A stretch of 63,849 nt of DNA, the filler included, from Choristocarpus tenellus KU-1152 (Eukaryota > Protista > Phaeophyceae): the NCBI GenBank assembly GCA_964200185.2. It is 11 parts of 11 records of this genome, joined end to end, with 100 filler letters (N's around TTAATTAATTAA, not from the genome) between each part and the next. Parts side by side here need not be neighbours in the genome. Positions count along the whole stretch, not along the records: positions 8,772 to 25,930 come from CAXNAD020000714.1; 10 more parts are not named here. One strand, given 5' to 3'. The notes beneath the pieces were generated by a model that worked only from the letters and a program-made list of their open reading frames with translations, was not told where the DNA came from and did no database searches. Numbering within the stretch: the first letter of the stretch is position 1; the number at the start of each line of letters is the position of its first letter. A program made the translations under genes and the position numbers. Of the stretch, positions 12,064 to 24,918 are shown in pieces.

Positions 12064-14493
12064 ATGGTGAAGGGTATTGCGCCTTCAGTCCTCGAACCAA
12101 GAGATCGGGAACGGAGATGGTGGTCTCTGACCGCGATTTTTCTCCTGTTGGCTCGTAGCAGTTATGTCGTTTCCTTCCGTTGCCACCCTTGCCAACGTCG
12201 ATCGTCAATCATTTCTGTTCACTCCCTCCAAAGCCGCGTTCACCATCGACCACGTGTCCTGTACATGAAGGAGAAATCTTCCAGTGATGCCGAAAAAGAA
12301 TTCTGTGACGGAAGACTCAACGACTTGATCACAATACAGGCGCAGCTGACCGCAACGCACTACTGGATGGAACTCCGAGGTGCAAGGCCTCGACCCGACA
12401 TGTGGTCGTCTGTCACTCTTGCCTGCCCTTCCGATCATGCCCTCGGTATCAGAACGCGATTCTCCTGTTCAAGAACCTCCTTCGCTCACTCTAGCCGCCC
12501 GTTGACCACCAGGCAACATGTACGCAGAATGGATGTCCCGATACAACAAGGAGGTGGGAGGAGTGCAAGCCTTGGGCTGGAAATCTTTTCTTGGTGGTAT
12601 GCTCCGTGCTCCTCCCGAGGAAATCGTGGTAAAGAAGTTGATCAAGAAACCCAGAGGCGGATCGGGTACCAACCCGTTCTTGAAGGACAGGTGATAGGGG
12701 GACATCAAAAAGGACAGAGTATGACGTGATCCAAGCCTTGGCGTAACGCTCGGAGCGATGGTGGAAGCCGCAAAAAATACCTCACAATAATTAGTGCGCT
12801 TAGTGTGGAAGCATTCGGTTTCCGGTTCATGGGCCCATATACTCATTTTTTCCTTCACGTGATGGTTGCCCTCGCAGGGAGTTTTCATATACAGAGATAA
12901 TTTATCCAGCTAAAATCGCCCAGCAGATCATGAGTATCAGAGAGCAATTGGCAGAGCACCTTGGCAAGGACCTAGAGCTGGTGGTACAAGAAAATGCAGA
13001 GCTCAAACGCCACTACAATGATGAGGTAATTTAGGTGACTCCTCCTGCTATGGAAGGAAGAATAGTAGCACAAAGTGTCGAATGAGGCAGGGTTGATGAA
13101 TATGGATTCATCCAACATAGTCTTGAAGACAATATAATCCCGTATGGCCTGATAACTCTCGCTTCGCATACCGTTTTTCTACGATATTATTGTTTCCACT
13201 CATGGAGTGTTTGTGGTGTTGCTTTGATATTCAAGCTTAAGCTGGAAAGTAATCTCAAGTATTAATAGAAAAAAATCATTTTATCTATCACAGTAGAAGC
13301 CAATGCCAAGGGCTATTATCACTGGGTATACAAGCCACTACTACAGCTGTGTGACACTGAGATTTTTCCTCTGCATTCCCTTAAAAATGCTTGTTACCAT
13401 CTGAAGCTTGAGCTTGGTGCAGACAAGGCATTGCGATTGCGGATGACTAACTGGACTGTTAGGCAGGAGCGGGATCCATCTTCTGGAATTTCCAACCCAC
13501 CTCGGAGGGTAGCAGCATATGATAAAGCTGTGGAGGTGCGGGAAGCTCTGTTTCATGGCCGATGTGCTTGTTAGTTGTATGCTAGTCCTCCTGTCCGTTG
13601 GAGACCAATCAGTGATGCGAGCAAGAACTTCATCCTTCCACTCCCAATTCCAAATAACACTGCCATTTCCCTAGGCTGGAAAAAGATCAAACTTTTTTTA
13701 TAACACTGCAATGAAGCCATCAACTTCCTGAGCAAGTATACCCCTCTCAATCCCACCTCAATTAGGAAAGCGTTGGTTGCGTTATTGCATAGATGATCAT
13801 GCCTTTGACAACTGGCATCCCTTCCTGCCACCCTCAGCTCATCACAGCTTCAAGTGTGAGACGATTGCAAAAGCAACTCCAAGTACATGGGGACAGGCAC
13901 ACACTGTCCTGGCTCGAAAAATTGTGCAATGAAGAGCTTGAGAAGAGGTATGCCCATGCATTCCTATAGTGGACTGAATGTTTGCTCTATTGCTAGTGCC
14001 ATTTGTGTGCACTGTCAAGGGTATGGTATAGAGTATCTGCCCCGCCACATATTTCACCTCCGCTATACACACCTCTTCTAATTTGTGCTGAAGTCACCCT
14101 CTATTTTTGCCTGTTGCCTAAAGCATCTCTCCACAGGGCTGTGTTAGGGCTGAAAAGGCATCCCCTTTTCAATGTGATAACTTGGTCCTCGATCTGATTC
14201 ACATTATGTGTCCACCTTATTGTCCGAGCAGACAAGGAAACGAGCTGATCAAGGCAATTCTTGAGGGCCCCATAGTCCTGGTCAACAAGCCTGGCCGTGA
14301 CACTAAAATAATTGAACCTTTGAAGGTAGCACAAGCCATCATGCAGTTTAGGGAGGAGGTGGCAGAGGAGTGCATCGAAGTGTTGGCAAGTGTGCCCCAG
14401 GACCACAACCAGCTCACTGTCTCACTACTGAACGAGCAGTGGAAGATGACGCCCTTTGATTTTGACTTGCGTGGTGAGGATGATGGCATGTGA
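12064..14493 (+). CDS. Plastid-targeted protein with two tandem RbcX-like domains, 380 aa; exons 12064-12379, 12513-12690, 12878-13025, 13407-13535, 13838-13947, 14232-14493
   Basis: Six GT-AG exons sum to 1143 nt in one frame. A hydrophobic signal ending VVS|F is followed by an S/R-rich transit-like peptide. Repeat 1: LNDLITIQAQLTATHYWMEL..EWMSRY..WKSFLGGML..PAKIAQQIMSIREQLAEHL..ENAELKRHY. Repeat 2: AVELITASSVRRLQKQL..SWLEKL..GNELIKAIL..PLKVAQAIMQFREEVAEECIE. Both resemble cyanobacterial RbcX (LTYQAVRTV..WL..F..P-x-LA-x-RIM-x-VREHIAEE). Confidence 0.8.
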
Positions 14494-17400
14494 TACGACA
14501 TTTACAGGACCTTACAGTCCAATAATTGGTTGGGTGGACCGTGTGCTTCTCTGGGTTTTTTTTTAGCCAAACCAGATGGCAATTGTGTATATGGTGCTTA
14601 AAGTGTGAGTTTTGCACAGACACTGAAACTTGTGCATAGGAATAGTCTCAAGGGGAATGACATCACCTGTGTAGGTATGAATTGAAGAGTCATATTTTTG
14701 GTTGTTATTTTTTTTATTAACCGTTAAATTTCAAGACTATTGAAGATGCCATCCCTGCTCATTCTGAACTACCAAGTATTTATCTTGTGTCTCTATTAGT
14801 AGTGGAAGAACTGCTTGCTTGTCTTTCATTTCACTGTACTGAAGAATCACGAGGTTTGATCCTCCCATGCCTTCGACTATCTCTTTCAGGCTTGCAAGAC
14901 CCAACATGTGCCCGACCAATCCACCCTGTGCCTCAAAGTCATTCCATTATGAGGATTTGCACTAGTCATCATTTAGGTTTGGACAGTGCAAAATGTTTGT
15001 CAAAAGAATTGTTGAAACCCTTTCCAAGATGAAACGAGATGAGAAAATGGAGCCTGTGGTCAGCTCTACTAAACATCTCCATACGCTTTTGGTGTAATGA
15101 TTTCAGTTGCATGTACTCCGGAGTGTGCAAGGGGTTTTTGATATGGATGAGGTTTTGGAATTTTTTTTATCTGATTCGATCTGTGTTGAGACAGCTTTGA
15201 AATGTGACAGGCACCTCTACACCAATCGTGTTGGATTGATTGTGATTGACTGATTAGCTGCTATGATGAGAGGTACTAGTCCCTCTACTTGAATTCAGCT
15301 CCGACAACTGCAGACTATGAGCTCAGAGGATACAAAAGTGTGCTGGCGCTGGTGGTCCTCAATGAAGCGCACTTTTCTCCAGTAGCTAGTAGCTAGATCT
15401 ACCATGTTTGAAGGTGACAGCTGATAGATATACAGCAGGGCAGATAAGTGTGTGACTCATAGGGGACAACTGCTTGCGTGCTCAAAGCCATTAACTCGCA
15501 TACTCACACATGAGCATGACATATTAACTGTGTTAAAGAGCAACATGATGGGCTATATCCCATTATCTCTGTAAGGGTTGTCTGGCGGGCACATGTAGGA
15601 ACTAGCTTTATACCAGATAACAAAGTCCTGGCTGTGCTAGTTGGCAGTCCTGACATGTTAGAGCTCTGCCCTTCTGCTGAGATACCGTAGTGTTCCATGA
15701 TGATGTGAAATCCACCTTGAATCTACTCCAATTTTCATCTGAAATGGTGACGTCTACCATCTCAAGTCCTCTGCATATTGGTAGAAGTGGATCATTGTGT
15801 CCATGTACAGCAAACTACTTGCTACTGTAGTCTTCCAGGGTGTGAAGGCTTGTTATTTTTATTGTCATACATCGGGATATATTTCTCCAAATGTTACTCA
15901 TCTTACATAAAATTTTCCTAGGAATCCAACGCAGAAATCCGTTTTGAAATCGGAGGTCATCCGGAAGAGGTACATGCATAAAGGAACAGACTTACGGGAC
16001 AGAGGGGGTATTAGTCTGCGGGATCCCAGACCTGTGGTCGAAAATATAGTCCGAAGAAGGCAATACACGCTGGTTGAGAAAAGGCAACAAGGACCACAAA
16101 AGAAAAAAATGAAGCAATGGAAGAAAAAGAACTTAGAAGGAAGAATATAACCCAAACGAGAAAGACACCATCGCCCATGACAGCTTACACGTGGCTCATC
16201 AAGTGCATGAGTCAAGCTACAAAATATTGAGTCGGTGTGGGATGTGATCTAACAGTGAAACCTCTCTGGAGTAGTAGTAATCATCATGAAAAACATCCTC
16301 AGGCGACCCCCTAAATATGTTTACTCTTAAGTATCTATCAATATTTGTGCACAGTAACTGTAGTACGGTTCCGAGTAACTGGTACTTCTCAAGGCAACTT
16401 GAGAGCATGTACTGCTAGAACTCTATTTGATTTGGGGTTTGTTGGTTTCATGATCGAATTATTACATACTCGGGATTTTATCCTGTAGTATTCAGTACAT
16501 CTGTAAACATGTTGGTGGAGGTGCGAACATCGTTGAGTAGTATGGAATACACAAAAAAGCGATGGTGGAGTGATAGGTGGTCACTCATTCACATTGTATT
16601 AATAATTTAATACCTTTGTTTAGTTATTCAAAACCTGTGTTCAGTCCAAGCTCAGCATCACAACTTCAACATTGTAACTATATTGACGGATACAAGATAC
16701 CAACAACTTGTGGAAGGGCTCTTTCACTAGCTCAGTCCGGTGGTCTCAATTTCACTATATATTGGCAATCTAACTTGAAACAATATTGTACAGATATGGC
16801 TAACCTGGGATGATACTGCAAATGAGGTCATGGTGATAGCCCACCCCCACAACGTCACTGTCTGCTAAAAAAAATGTGGTGGGTAGTTTCTCAATTGAGA
16901 TAAGGTGAGTTTACTTTGATCCTCGAAAATCCTAAAAAGGTTGTGTATCTATGTTCATTTAAGGCGAACCTACAATTTTGAAGGTAAACAGAACAATGCC
17001 CAAACACCCCCCTCCTCCTTTGGCATTGGTAATTGAGAATACTCTTAGATTGCTGGTACAGAAAAGTGAAGGTACGATAAATGTATAGGGTTAGGGTTAG
17101 GCTTATTTGTATACTTCATGTACATAGGAAGAATGTACGTACTAATATTGGTGCTGAAGCACACCTACCTAGAATACATAGGCAATGGTGATCACTGATT
17201 CCACAGGTTAGTTGATAGTATCGATACTGCAACTAGCACCAGTAGATACTCATCACTCCAGAGCAGCACACTCAGAGAGTGTGCAGCTGACAGCTACTGA
17301 TGTGTGTGCTGCATAACTAATAGGATAGTCGACATATATTTGCTGTGTTGGGACTAAAATATTTGTGTTAACACAGTAAGGTATCAATAGAATGATGAGT

Positions 17401-17555
17401 ACAAACGCCGATTTTCAGTGCGCTCCTAATCAAGGTACTAGAAGTGATTTGTACCTCCAGAGTGTATCTTGTGGATTTTGGAACCACTGCAGCAGAGGGG
17501 AGAAAGAAAAAAATAATAACACCAACACCGCAATGGAAAATGCGTATATATTGTA

Positions 17556-17735
17556 GGCTCAAAGTATCTGGGGAGGGGGGGGGTTCTACACCAGGGTGTC
17601 CATTTGGGCCCTGACCAGGAAAATTGCGCTTATATTATCCATCCGATGCATGCAACCAAATCACACAAAATCGCGACATGGAAAAAATTGTCCCCAAATG
17701 GACAGCCCCTATGCGCCCCCCAGATACTTTGAGCC
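17556..17735. mobile_element. Family-A MITE, 180 bp, TSD TGTA
   Basis: Perfect TIR GGCTCAAAGTATCTGGGG / CCCCAGATACTTTGAGCC with TGTA on both sides. Confidence 0.9.
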
Positions 17736-18241
17736 TGTACTCGCTGGAAAGGTTGTATAATACATACCAAGTTGGGGTAGCGTGCCAGTTGCTTCTCAGA
17801 TCCCACTGACCCAGCTGCCAGTAATCACCAACAGGAAGTAAGCACGAAACATACTGGAAAATGTAATGTATTCTTTGTAATCAGTCATATTTTCCATCAT
17901 ATATCGTGGCATACTTACGTACTACCAGGAAATATTATTGTAAAGCAAAACTCATCGCCCAGCAAATGAAACCCACTGTACACTACCTCTATGTGTTCTG
18001 CACTTGGGTATACCAGACTATTCCGTACTCCACGATTTTTGGCATTGAAACAACACATGCTCCGGATGTTGTATTTGTTCCTACAGCGACCTGAGGTTGC
18101 TCTGGACCAAACCTAGTAACTTCGCCATATTTTTGCCAGCATGAGTAAAAATCTATTCATATCAGGATTGTGTTCCCTTGCAACATCAATATCTCTGAAT
18201 GGAAGGGAATTCCAATCACGAGATCACAAGTTAGACAATCG

Positions 18242-20225
18242 TCATGACACAATAGTGGTGGTGGTGTGTTTGTCAAGTGTGTCCTCAAACTGTCCAGGGT
18301 TGAGTTTTTTCCGAAATGTGAAAGCCCATGACTTGGCGCTCTCCCTATCCTGTTTGACAACACCACCAAAGTCAAACTTCTTGAGGTTGGGAAAGGTGTG
18401 AAGGATGTAGTTGCGGTAGTGCTTGTTCTCAGTGACAGGATTCCCATGGAGGGTGATACTCCTAAGATGTGTAAGGTGTGAGGCCAAGCTCTTCAGTCCG
18501 AAAATTGTGTCAATACAGTTTCCATGGAGATTTAGCACTCGAAGTTCCTCAAATGGTTCGAGAACCTGCCCAAATAGCAAAACTAGTTTCGTAAGAAGAG
18601 GATGTCATAGGACAAGGTTTGAACAGTGTTGGTCAAGCAGAATAGTTTGAAAGGAAAATCTCCCAGGAGAGGTAGACCAGTAGCACCTAATTTCATCCTT
18701 TCACAATGGTAGTCTCAATGCCTAAGAGTAGTATATTGAAGGTATTTGTTGCTCAAGCTCAACAGTTATTCTTTTGCTGATACCGACCAGAGGGGATTCA
18801 GTGAACATACCTTCCCCTGTGCAATACAATGTGACCAAAAGCATTGAAGAGGGTAAGGGCCGCATCCATTTGGGGTCATGAATCCAATGTTGTTACTTTG
18901 ATGGATTTTGGCTATCGTCATTGTCACCAAGTGTCACTATCCTTGCTTCAATATCGTATACATTTTAGGTAACTGTGTTCACACAGAAAACCGAAAAAGA
19001 GCATTAAAAAACATTGGAAGTCAAGCCCCAAACAGACAAACAAGGCAAATCTCCTACCCTCTTAAATGCTTTGACTCATGTGTTCCAGTAACTTTGAGGA
19101 AGCAAAGTAGTTGCAGAGTGGAAATATGACATAAAGTCAGTGGAGTTGGGGGAGATTGCAGGCCAGGGACATCTTTCTTGCGCATTTAACATTTAGGGGA
19201 TTTTGTTGGAATGAATGCTGCTTTGTCTGCGACCCCTGATCTCAGCCCTGGTACATACTTGAAAACTCTCGACAATCCTAGCAGCAAACCACTTCCTATT
19301 CTGCTTCTGAAAACAGCATTGGCAATGTTGAACAGTCTAACCTCTGTGTAAGTTCGCTGCTAGATGGAACCTGTTTTTCGCTTACCAAATCGTCTTTAGG
19401 GAGTAAGGTGCTAGGGTGATGATATGCAGTACGCATTAACAGACCTTTGGCTCGGTCTGAGAGGTCAACAATTAAGCCGAATGTGTCGTCGTATCAAAAT
19501 TTCTCGAATAAACCGGATCAACAATAAACCTGGCTACTCCACAAGGGTTGACCTATTGTTTGCTATTGCAGCATTTCCCCTTTCTACACCAACACCGTAT
19601 CAAAGCCTACCTTCTTGATGTTTTCTATGCGATTGCATGACAGGTCGATCCATTGGATTTTCCTCACGTCACACACCACCTCTCCCACCACCTCGGCCAG
19701 ACCTGTTAGGTCCCGCAGCTCATTTCCCTGTAGCCTCAATGCAGTCAGCTTCAACGGGTCGACTTTTCCCTCCTCCACAATCACCGCTTCGCGAATATCT
19801 GCGTGACACGAGACAGAGCCAGCTTGTTTTCGGCACATTGAACGTGACGATGGAGGAAAGAGCATTCGACAAAGTATACATTGACCGACAACGATCAAGG
19901 TAAGGAGCAACCTCATTCATTCACTTTCGGCATTTCTTGTAAGGAAGAGGAGAGGAGAGGAGAGACTCAACCTAAAACAGCTCGTGAATTTCTTGGATAA
20001 GGCTTCGTTCGCTGACCTTGCAATATGCAACAAGGTGATACATCCTTAGGAATAGTAATACGAGAGGAGGATGGAACTCGGCACAGTTGTGAGATGAGAG
20101 AAGTCCATGAGATGTATTTCCGTCCTTGCTCTGGACCAGTATGAGGCAGAAACATAAGACCTACCATCAATTTCTCTCAGATCCACATAGGATATATCCA
20201 AGACGTTCTTCCCAAAGAAGGACAT
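18242..20225 (-). CDS. LRRC51: Leucine-rich repeat protein LRRC51 (190 aa); exons 20225-20165, 19798-19611, 18565-18242
   Basis: MSFFGKNVLDISY..ALRLQGNEL..QWIDLSCNRI..VLNLHGNCI..LRSITLHGNPVTENKHYRNYILHTFPNLKKFDFGGVVKQDRESAKSW matches LRRC51 motifs and length. Splice phases are consistent. Confidence 0.88.
18833..19077. mobile_element. Family-C MITE in an LRRC51 intron, TSD ATGT
   Basis: TIR GACCAAAAGCATTGAAGAGGGTA / TACCCTCTTAAATGCTTTGACTC; homologous to the copies at 22858 and 29061. Confidence 0.8.
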
Positions 20226-20737
20226 CGATTGCTCTGCTGGTTGTTAGGACAGCGTTGCACCCCAAACCCTGCAAAGGATAGAATTGCTCGTCAAAATAAG
20301 CCTTTCACGACCAGAAATCAGACATCACATCACTGTATTTTCATGCTAGATGCCCAAAGATATATACTATATCAAGTATAGTAGGAAATGTGAAACCTAT
20401 TTAGGTTATTATTGCGGTTACGAATCAAAATATGAATTTATAGTAGAATGGTACTATTATATTAATATAAGAGTAGTTTGAGGTATTGTTTAATGGACTA
20501 GGTGTGGTGCTAAAGTGTTCATGTTGAAGCAAATAAGAAGTAGGTTTACTGGACAGCAACTCCCCAAGTTTCTGGGAGTACCCCCAATCATGTTAATTAT
20601 TCTAACACTAACACTAATAATCCAAACAAAATCTTTTAGATAAGAGCAAATATGAGGGGTGTCCCTATAAATCTGGGCACCTACTTTTCCAGTGTATCTC
20701 TTGCCAATAAAAATGTTGTGATGTTATACATGGAAAA

Positions 20738-20739
20738 AC

Positions 20740-20775
<36 letters not shown>

Positions 20776-20866
20776 GGTGGTAGTAATAGTAATAGTAGTA
20801 GTAGTAGTGGTGGTGGTGGTAGTAATAGTAGTAGTACAGCAGCGGCAGTAGCAGCAGCAGCAGTAA
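20738..20866. repeat. Compound trinucleotide microsatellite (GTA/GTG/GCA)n
   Basis: Visible directly in the sequence. Confidence 0.9.
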
Positions 20867-22857
20867 GTAGCCGTAGCAAGTATACAGCGGCACGTAATAT
20901 TGTTCACTTACTATTATGTGTGTACTATTTGCACTTAATACTTCAAAGTATGAAATGTGTATGGTACAATTCTGTGGGGGTGGAATGGACCTCTCTAGGC
21001 ATCGAATGCTCTATACTAATGGAAGGGAGTGCCGATTCGTGCTGTGACCGTTGGTTACCTATCTACTACAACAAGTATATACTTGTTGTAAGTAGCTGAA
21101 AGATAATTGTATTGATTGGTAGTACAAGTTCAACATCATATGCAAGAAAAGGACTGGTTATTTCGACTAGATAACTATATTTATATTCATCTCGTTCTTC
21201 CCTGTGTAGTAGGTGCGATCCATATACTTGTAATTACATGTGTATATATATTACATACTTTATCACTAAGAGTATATTTTTATTACTATAAACATTGATA
21301 GTAACGCATCCCATCGAAGGCTTATTGGGGTGGATCGACGTGGTAAGAAGGATCTTCAAGGAAATTATAAAGGACCGCATTTACTTCTGAAGTTTGTACA
21401 TGACTAACCATAAGCACAAAAACCAAGTTATTATGGTGGTGCTAAATTCTGTTTTGTATATTGTTGTACATGCTCGCAGTCAGGTACTAGAATAGAGAAA
21501 TTGGATATACACAAGCAAGATTGCCTATACAGATTATTAAGAAGTATCCACAGCATAAGATATATATATATACATGTAATATTCCTGTTAGTTCCTTCCG
21601 AATGACTGTCCCTTTCTTTCCCAATTACATGCATACTACTCAGCATAATAATTTCAACTGTGTTCTCTCCACCCTTACCACTGCTGCCATACAATACATG
21701 TCATCTCACTAATCAAACGACACCTTCCTCACAATACCCAGCATCTTTCGGACATTTTGAATTATTTTCTGACAGTATGATCACACATGATTTAGTGATA
21801 CTAGGTGTTGTATAGAACTCGATCCTTCCACTCACTGCTGATCGTAAATTTCTCAAGGCAAAAGATTTCACGTTGCATTTTTTTTCTCGAGAAGGATCAC
21901 ACAATTAGTACCCTTCTAAATTTCCTGCTACTATAAATTACACTTGAATATAGTGTACGTGGTAGCTACAGTTGCATTGATCATGGATGAAGAAATATAC
22001 GCGAAGAAAATAACAGGTATACCTACAACAACTATCGAGGAAATCATGCTATCTTAGAGGGAGGTATCATTGAGTATTTAAGGCCACTACTGTGACTACG
22101 TTCTGATTCGCATGCTTCTAGTACTCCGGAGTCCGATTTTCCTGCTCCTATTGATGGAAATCAGTCCCCTCTTTCACAGCAGCAGACCCCTGAGGTGCGC
22201 TAGCTGCATCTCAGGCATGGAAGATAGGATATTATATATATAATAGTCAGGCAGAAGATAACAAAAGTTCGAAAAATGGTCAAAATAGTCACCCCTCTAA
22301 GGATGGCTCTGGAGAGCTCTGTGTTATGGTGGCCTGGTTTTTCCTTTCATTGGTTGAAGGTTGTCCTCAAACAAAAAGAGTGTCATTGTACCAAAAGGAA
22401 ATGGTAGTACCACATTGGCATGCATTCCTATACGGAAGATATTCTGCAAGATGTGCCCCAGATTCAACCGACTTCTCAAACTCTGAGTCTGAGCCGAAGA
22501 GTGCCAAAATCGCACATCCTTCTCACGCCCACTTACACCCAAAATTTGTTAACTAAGATTTTTGCATGGCGTTCTACGTAATATAGTATGAGAATGAGGT
22601 ACTTGAGTTTACAATTATCCTGGAGTACTTTGAAAATATTTCCATACAGAGTCAAATCAGGGTTTTGGGGGACTGAAAAACAACGACAATACAACATCGT
22701 GTTGCATTCAACTCAATCAAGTCCTTGCTGAATGTTAATTGAACTCGAGCAATGGTTATAAACAAGTTTGGCAACTCTGATGCTGAATTAGCAACAAACT
22801 GGATGCCTACAGTAGCGGGAAAAAAACACGAATCTACAATATCTATCTATCCCACCT

Positions 22858-23112
22858 GAGTCAAATTATTTAAGAGGGCAGGGTCGCGTCCACTTGGGGT
22901 TCAAAATCCAATGTTGCGATTTTGATGGAATCTTGACTATCGTGTTTGTTAGCAAGTGTCGATATCCTCGTTCTGGACACATCTTTCATAGTCATACACA
23001 TTTCAAGTAACTGTCTTCACGCAGAAAACCGAAAAAGAGCAAACCATAGGAAGCCAAGCCCCGAACGGACAAGCAGGGCAAACCTCCTACCCCCTCTTAA
23101 ATGCTTTGGGTG
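22858..23112. mobile_element. Family-C MITE, TSD ACCT
   Basis: GAGTCAAATTATTTAAGAGGG..CCCTCTTAAATGCTTTGGGTG flanked by ACCT. Confidence 0.8.
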
Positions 23113-23499
23113 ACCTCGTGTGTGCACCGTGATGGAGTGCGACTTGCCTTCTTCGTCCACAGACTATGACAAAGCAGCATGAACAGCAAACTTCTAACTC
23201 CCTCAAATGTTCACTTCTGTACCCTGCGCCAACCTGGGTATGGAGATACAGACCAGCCACCCAACAGTCATACTGGATATATACATACATGTAATCTTGC
23301 GAAATTATTTGCAGAGCCCTATCCTAGTATCACCCATGAACTTCTGCATATCACATTTTTTGCTATCCATACCACCAACTGCGCCAAGTACATGTACTGA
23401 GTAGTAGAACAATTGTAACTACATATTTCCTCACAATATACAAGGTGCTCTTTGGTCGCTTTTGCACACTGCATGCTTGAAACGTTGTAACCACCGTGT

Positions 23500-23780
23500 G
23501 AGATCACCGAGATGGAATAAGGCAGCTAGCATATATTGTAAAACGACCGGAAGATGATGAGCGAACTCCCAAGATCTTTCCTGAAGTTTGGGAAGTTTGT
23601 GGGTAGCAAAAGAATAACCGGTGGTGGGCAGAAGAATTAGTGAACGTCTCTCACTGATGAGTATCGCCCTTTCGAAGATCCCATTCGAGGGCTGACGCGG
23701 GTGTGCAGAAAACCAAAGCAAATGGGAAGACTGTTCTATGGAGCCCAGCATTTCATCGACAACCGACAAAAAATGGAGAT
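23500..23780 (+). pseudogene. Possible decayed 3' end of an RTE-type LINE
   Basis: Broken frames give HIVKRPEDDERTPKIF..CAENQSKW, reminiscent of the RTE C-terminal GHV-RM-D-R-PK..W..A-R-W pattern. The match is weak. Confidence 0.25.
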
Positions 23781-24918
23781 TGTCGAGCCCACAACCTGCC
23801 ATGCTGAAGTGGGCATGGCTGCCAGCAAGACCTTGCTAGTGCTTGCTCAAAATGATTTTGGGCCTGAAATTTGGTGCCATAAGTTGTGGAGAACTCATGG
23901 TTAGACCTACCTTCCTTGATGCTGGAGATGACGCTTGTTCCTGATATTACTCTATGGTTTTTGGACATGTCTTAATGAACTTATTCTCCCCGGCCATAGA
24001 TTACTATTTTTTTATCCCTCTGAAACACTTGAGCTTGGTAATTATGGAACCTTCTCTGTCCATATAGATCTCTCCCTGTGGGTCCTGCACCTTGGGAAAA
24101 TGGACCTTGTATACTGGTGATGGTGTTTGCTGTGTGTGGTTCTAATTGGAGTATATTTTCCCTTACTTTATAATAACCTTCCTTTTATGTCTCAAGTTTC
24201 TCCCTTTTCCTCCACTACTTATTTTTCTTCTCTCTCTTAGTTATCTCGTTCTCTTCATACCGTGGGTACAGCGTATCTGTCTTCCTTCTTATGTCTCTCT
24301 GTACTCGAGCTGCCTTTTTGGCTACAAGTCCGTTTAGACGAGACATAAAACGTGTAATAATAGCTTACTAGCCCCACTGTAGAACAATGTTTCACGGTGA
24401 TTCCCTGAACATATTATGTTGTTGACTAAGAAAGTATCAAGGTCAATATTTTCAAATGTTGAACATTTTGTGTTCTTGTGGGTAAGCCTAGTATGCGTAA
24501 CATTAATTGTAGTACCTGTGGAGGGACAGAATGGATAATGTGATACACGGTTATCTCCAGGTTTCTCCACATACTTACAATTCAAATCTAGAAGGTGGCA
24601 TAAAAAAGCATATCAAGCAGTGTAATCTATTCGAGCAAAGCAATACACACTCGACATAAACATAAGTGCTGCCGTAGGCTAGTGTGTAGGCTCTCGCATG
24701 GAGTGGTGGCAGTGTTGTCTATTTAACTGACACTTTCCCTAAAAATATCAAGGCTCATCATGAAGTATAATACAGCATAATGATGGGCAATACACGAAAG
24801 TGAACAACAGGAAGAACACCATTTTAAGTTCCACATGGGATGTACTAAGCCCAGTATAAATGTAGCTGACTCCTGTACCTTCTACAAAAAAACATTAGGC
24901 TCTCCATCTAATGCCTGA

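Noticed and set aside
12380-12729. C-terminal half of the 221-aa ORF 12064-12729
   Set aside because: This is intron read-through; the real frame changes after the donor at 12380.
14700-16500. Possible hAT-like transposase relic on the minus strand (ICHAHV)
   Set aside because: Only a single weak motif, with no TIR/TSD and no continuous frame.
4844-20225. Ciliary gene cluster (androglobin plus LRRC51)
   Set aside because: The genes are on different contigs separated by an artificial linker, so linkage is unproven.
20665-20907. Poly-Thr and poly-Tyr/His ORFs
   Set aside because: These are translations of a microsatellite.
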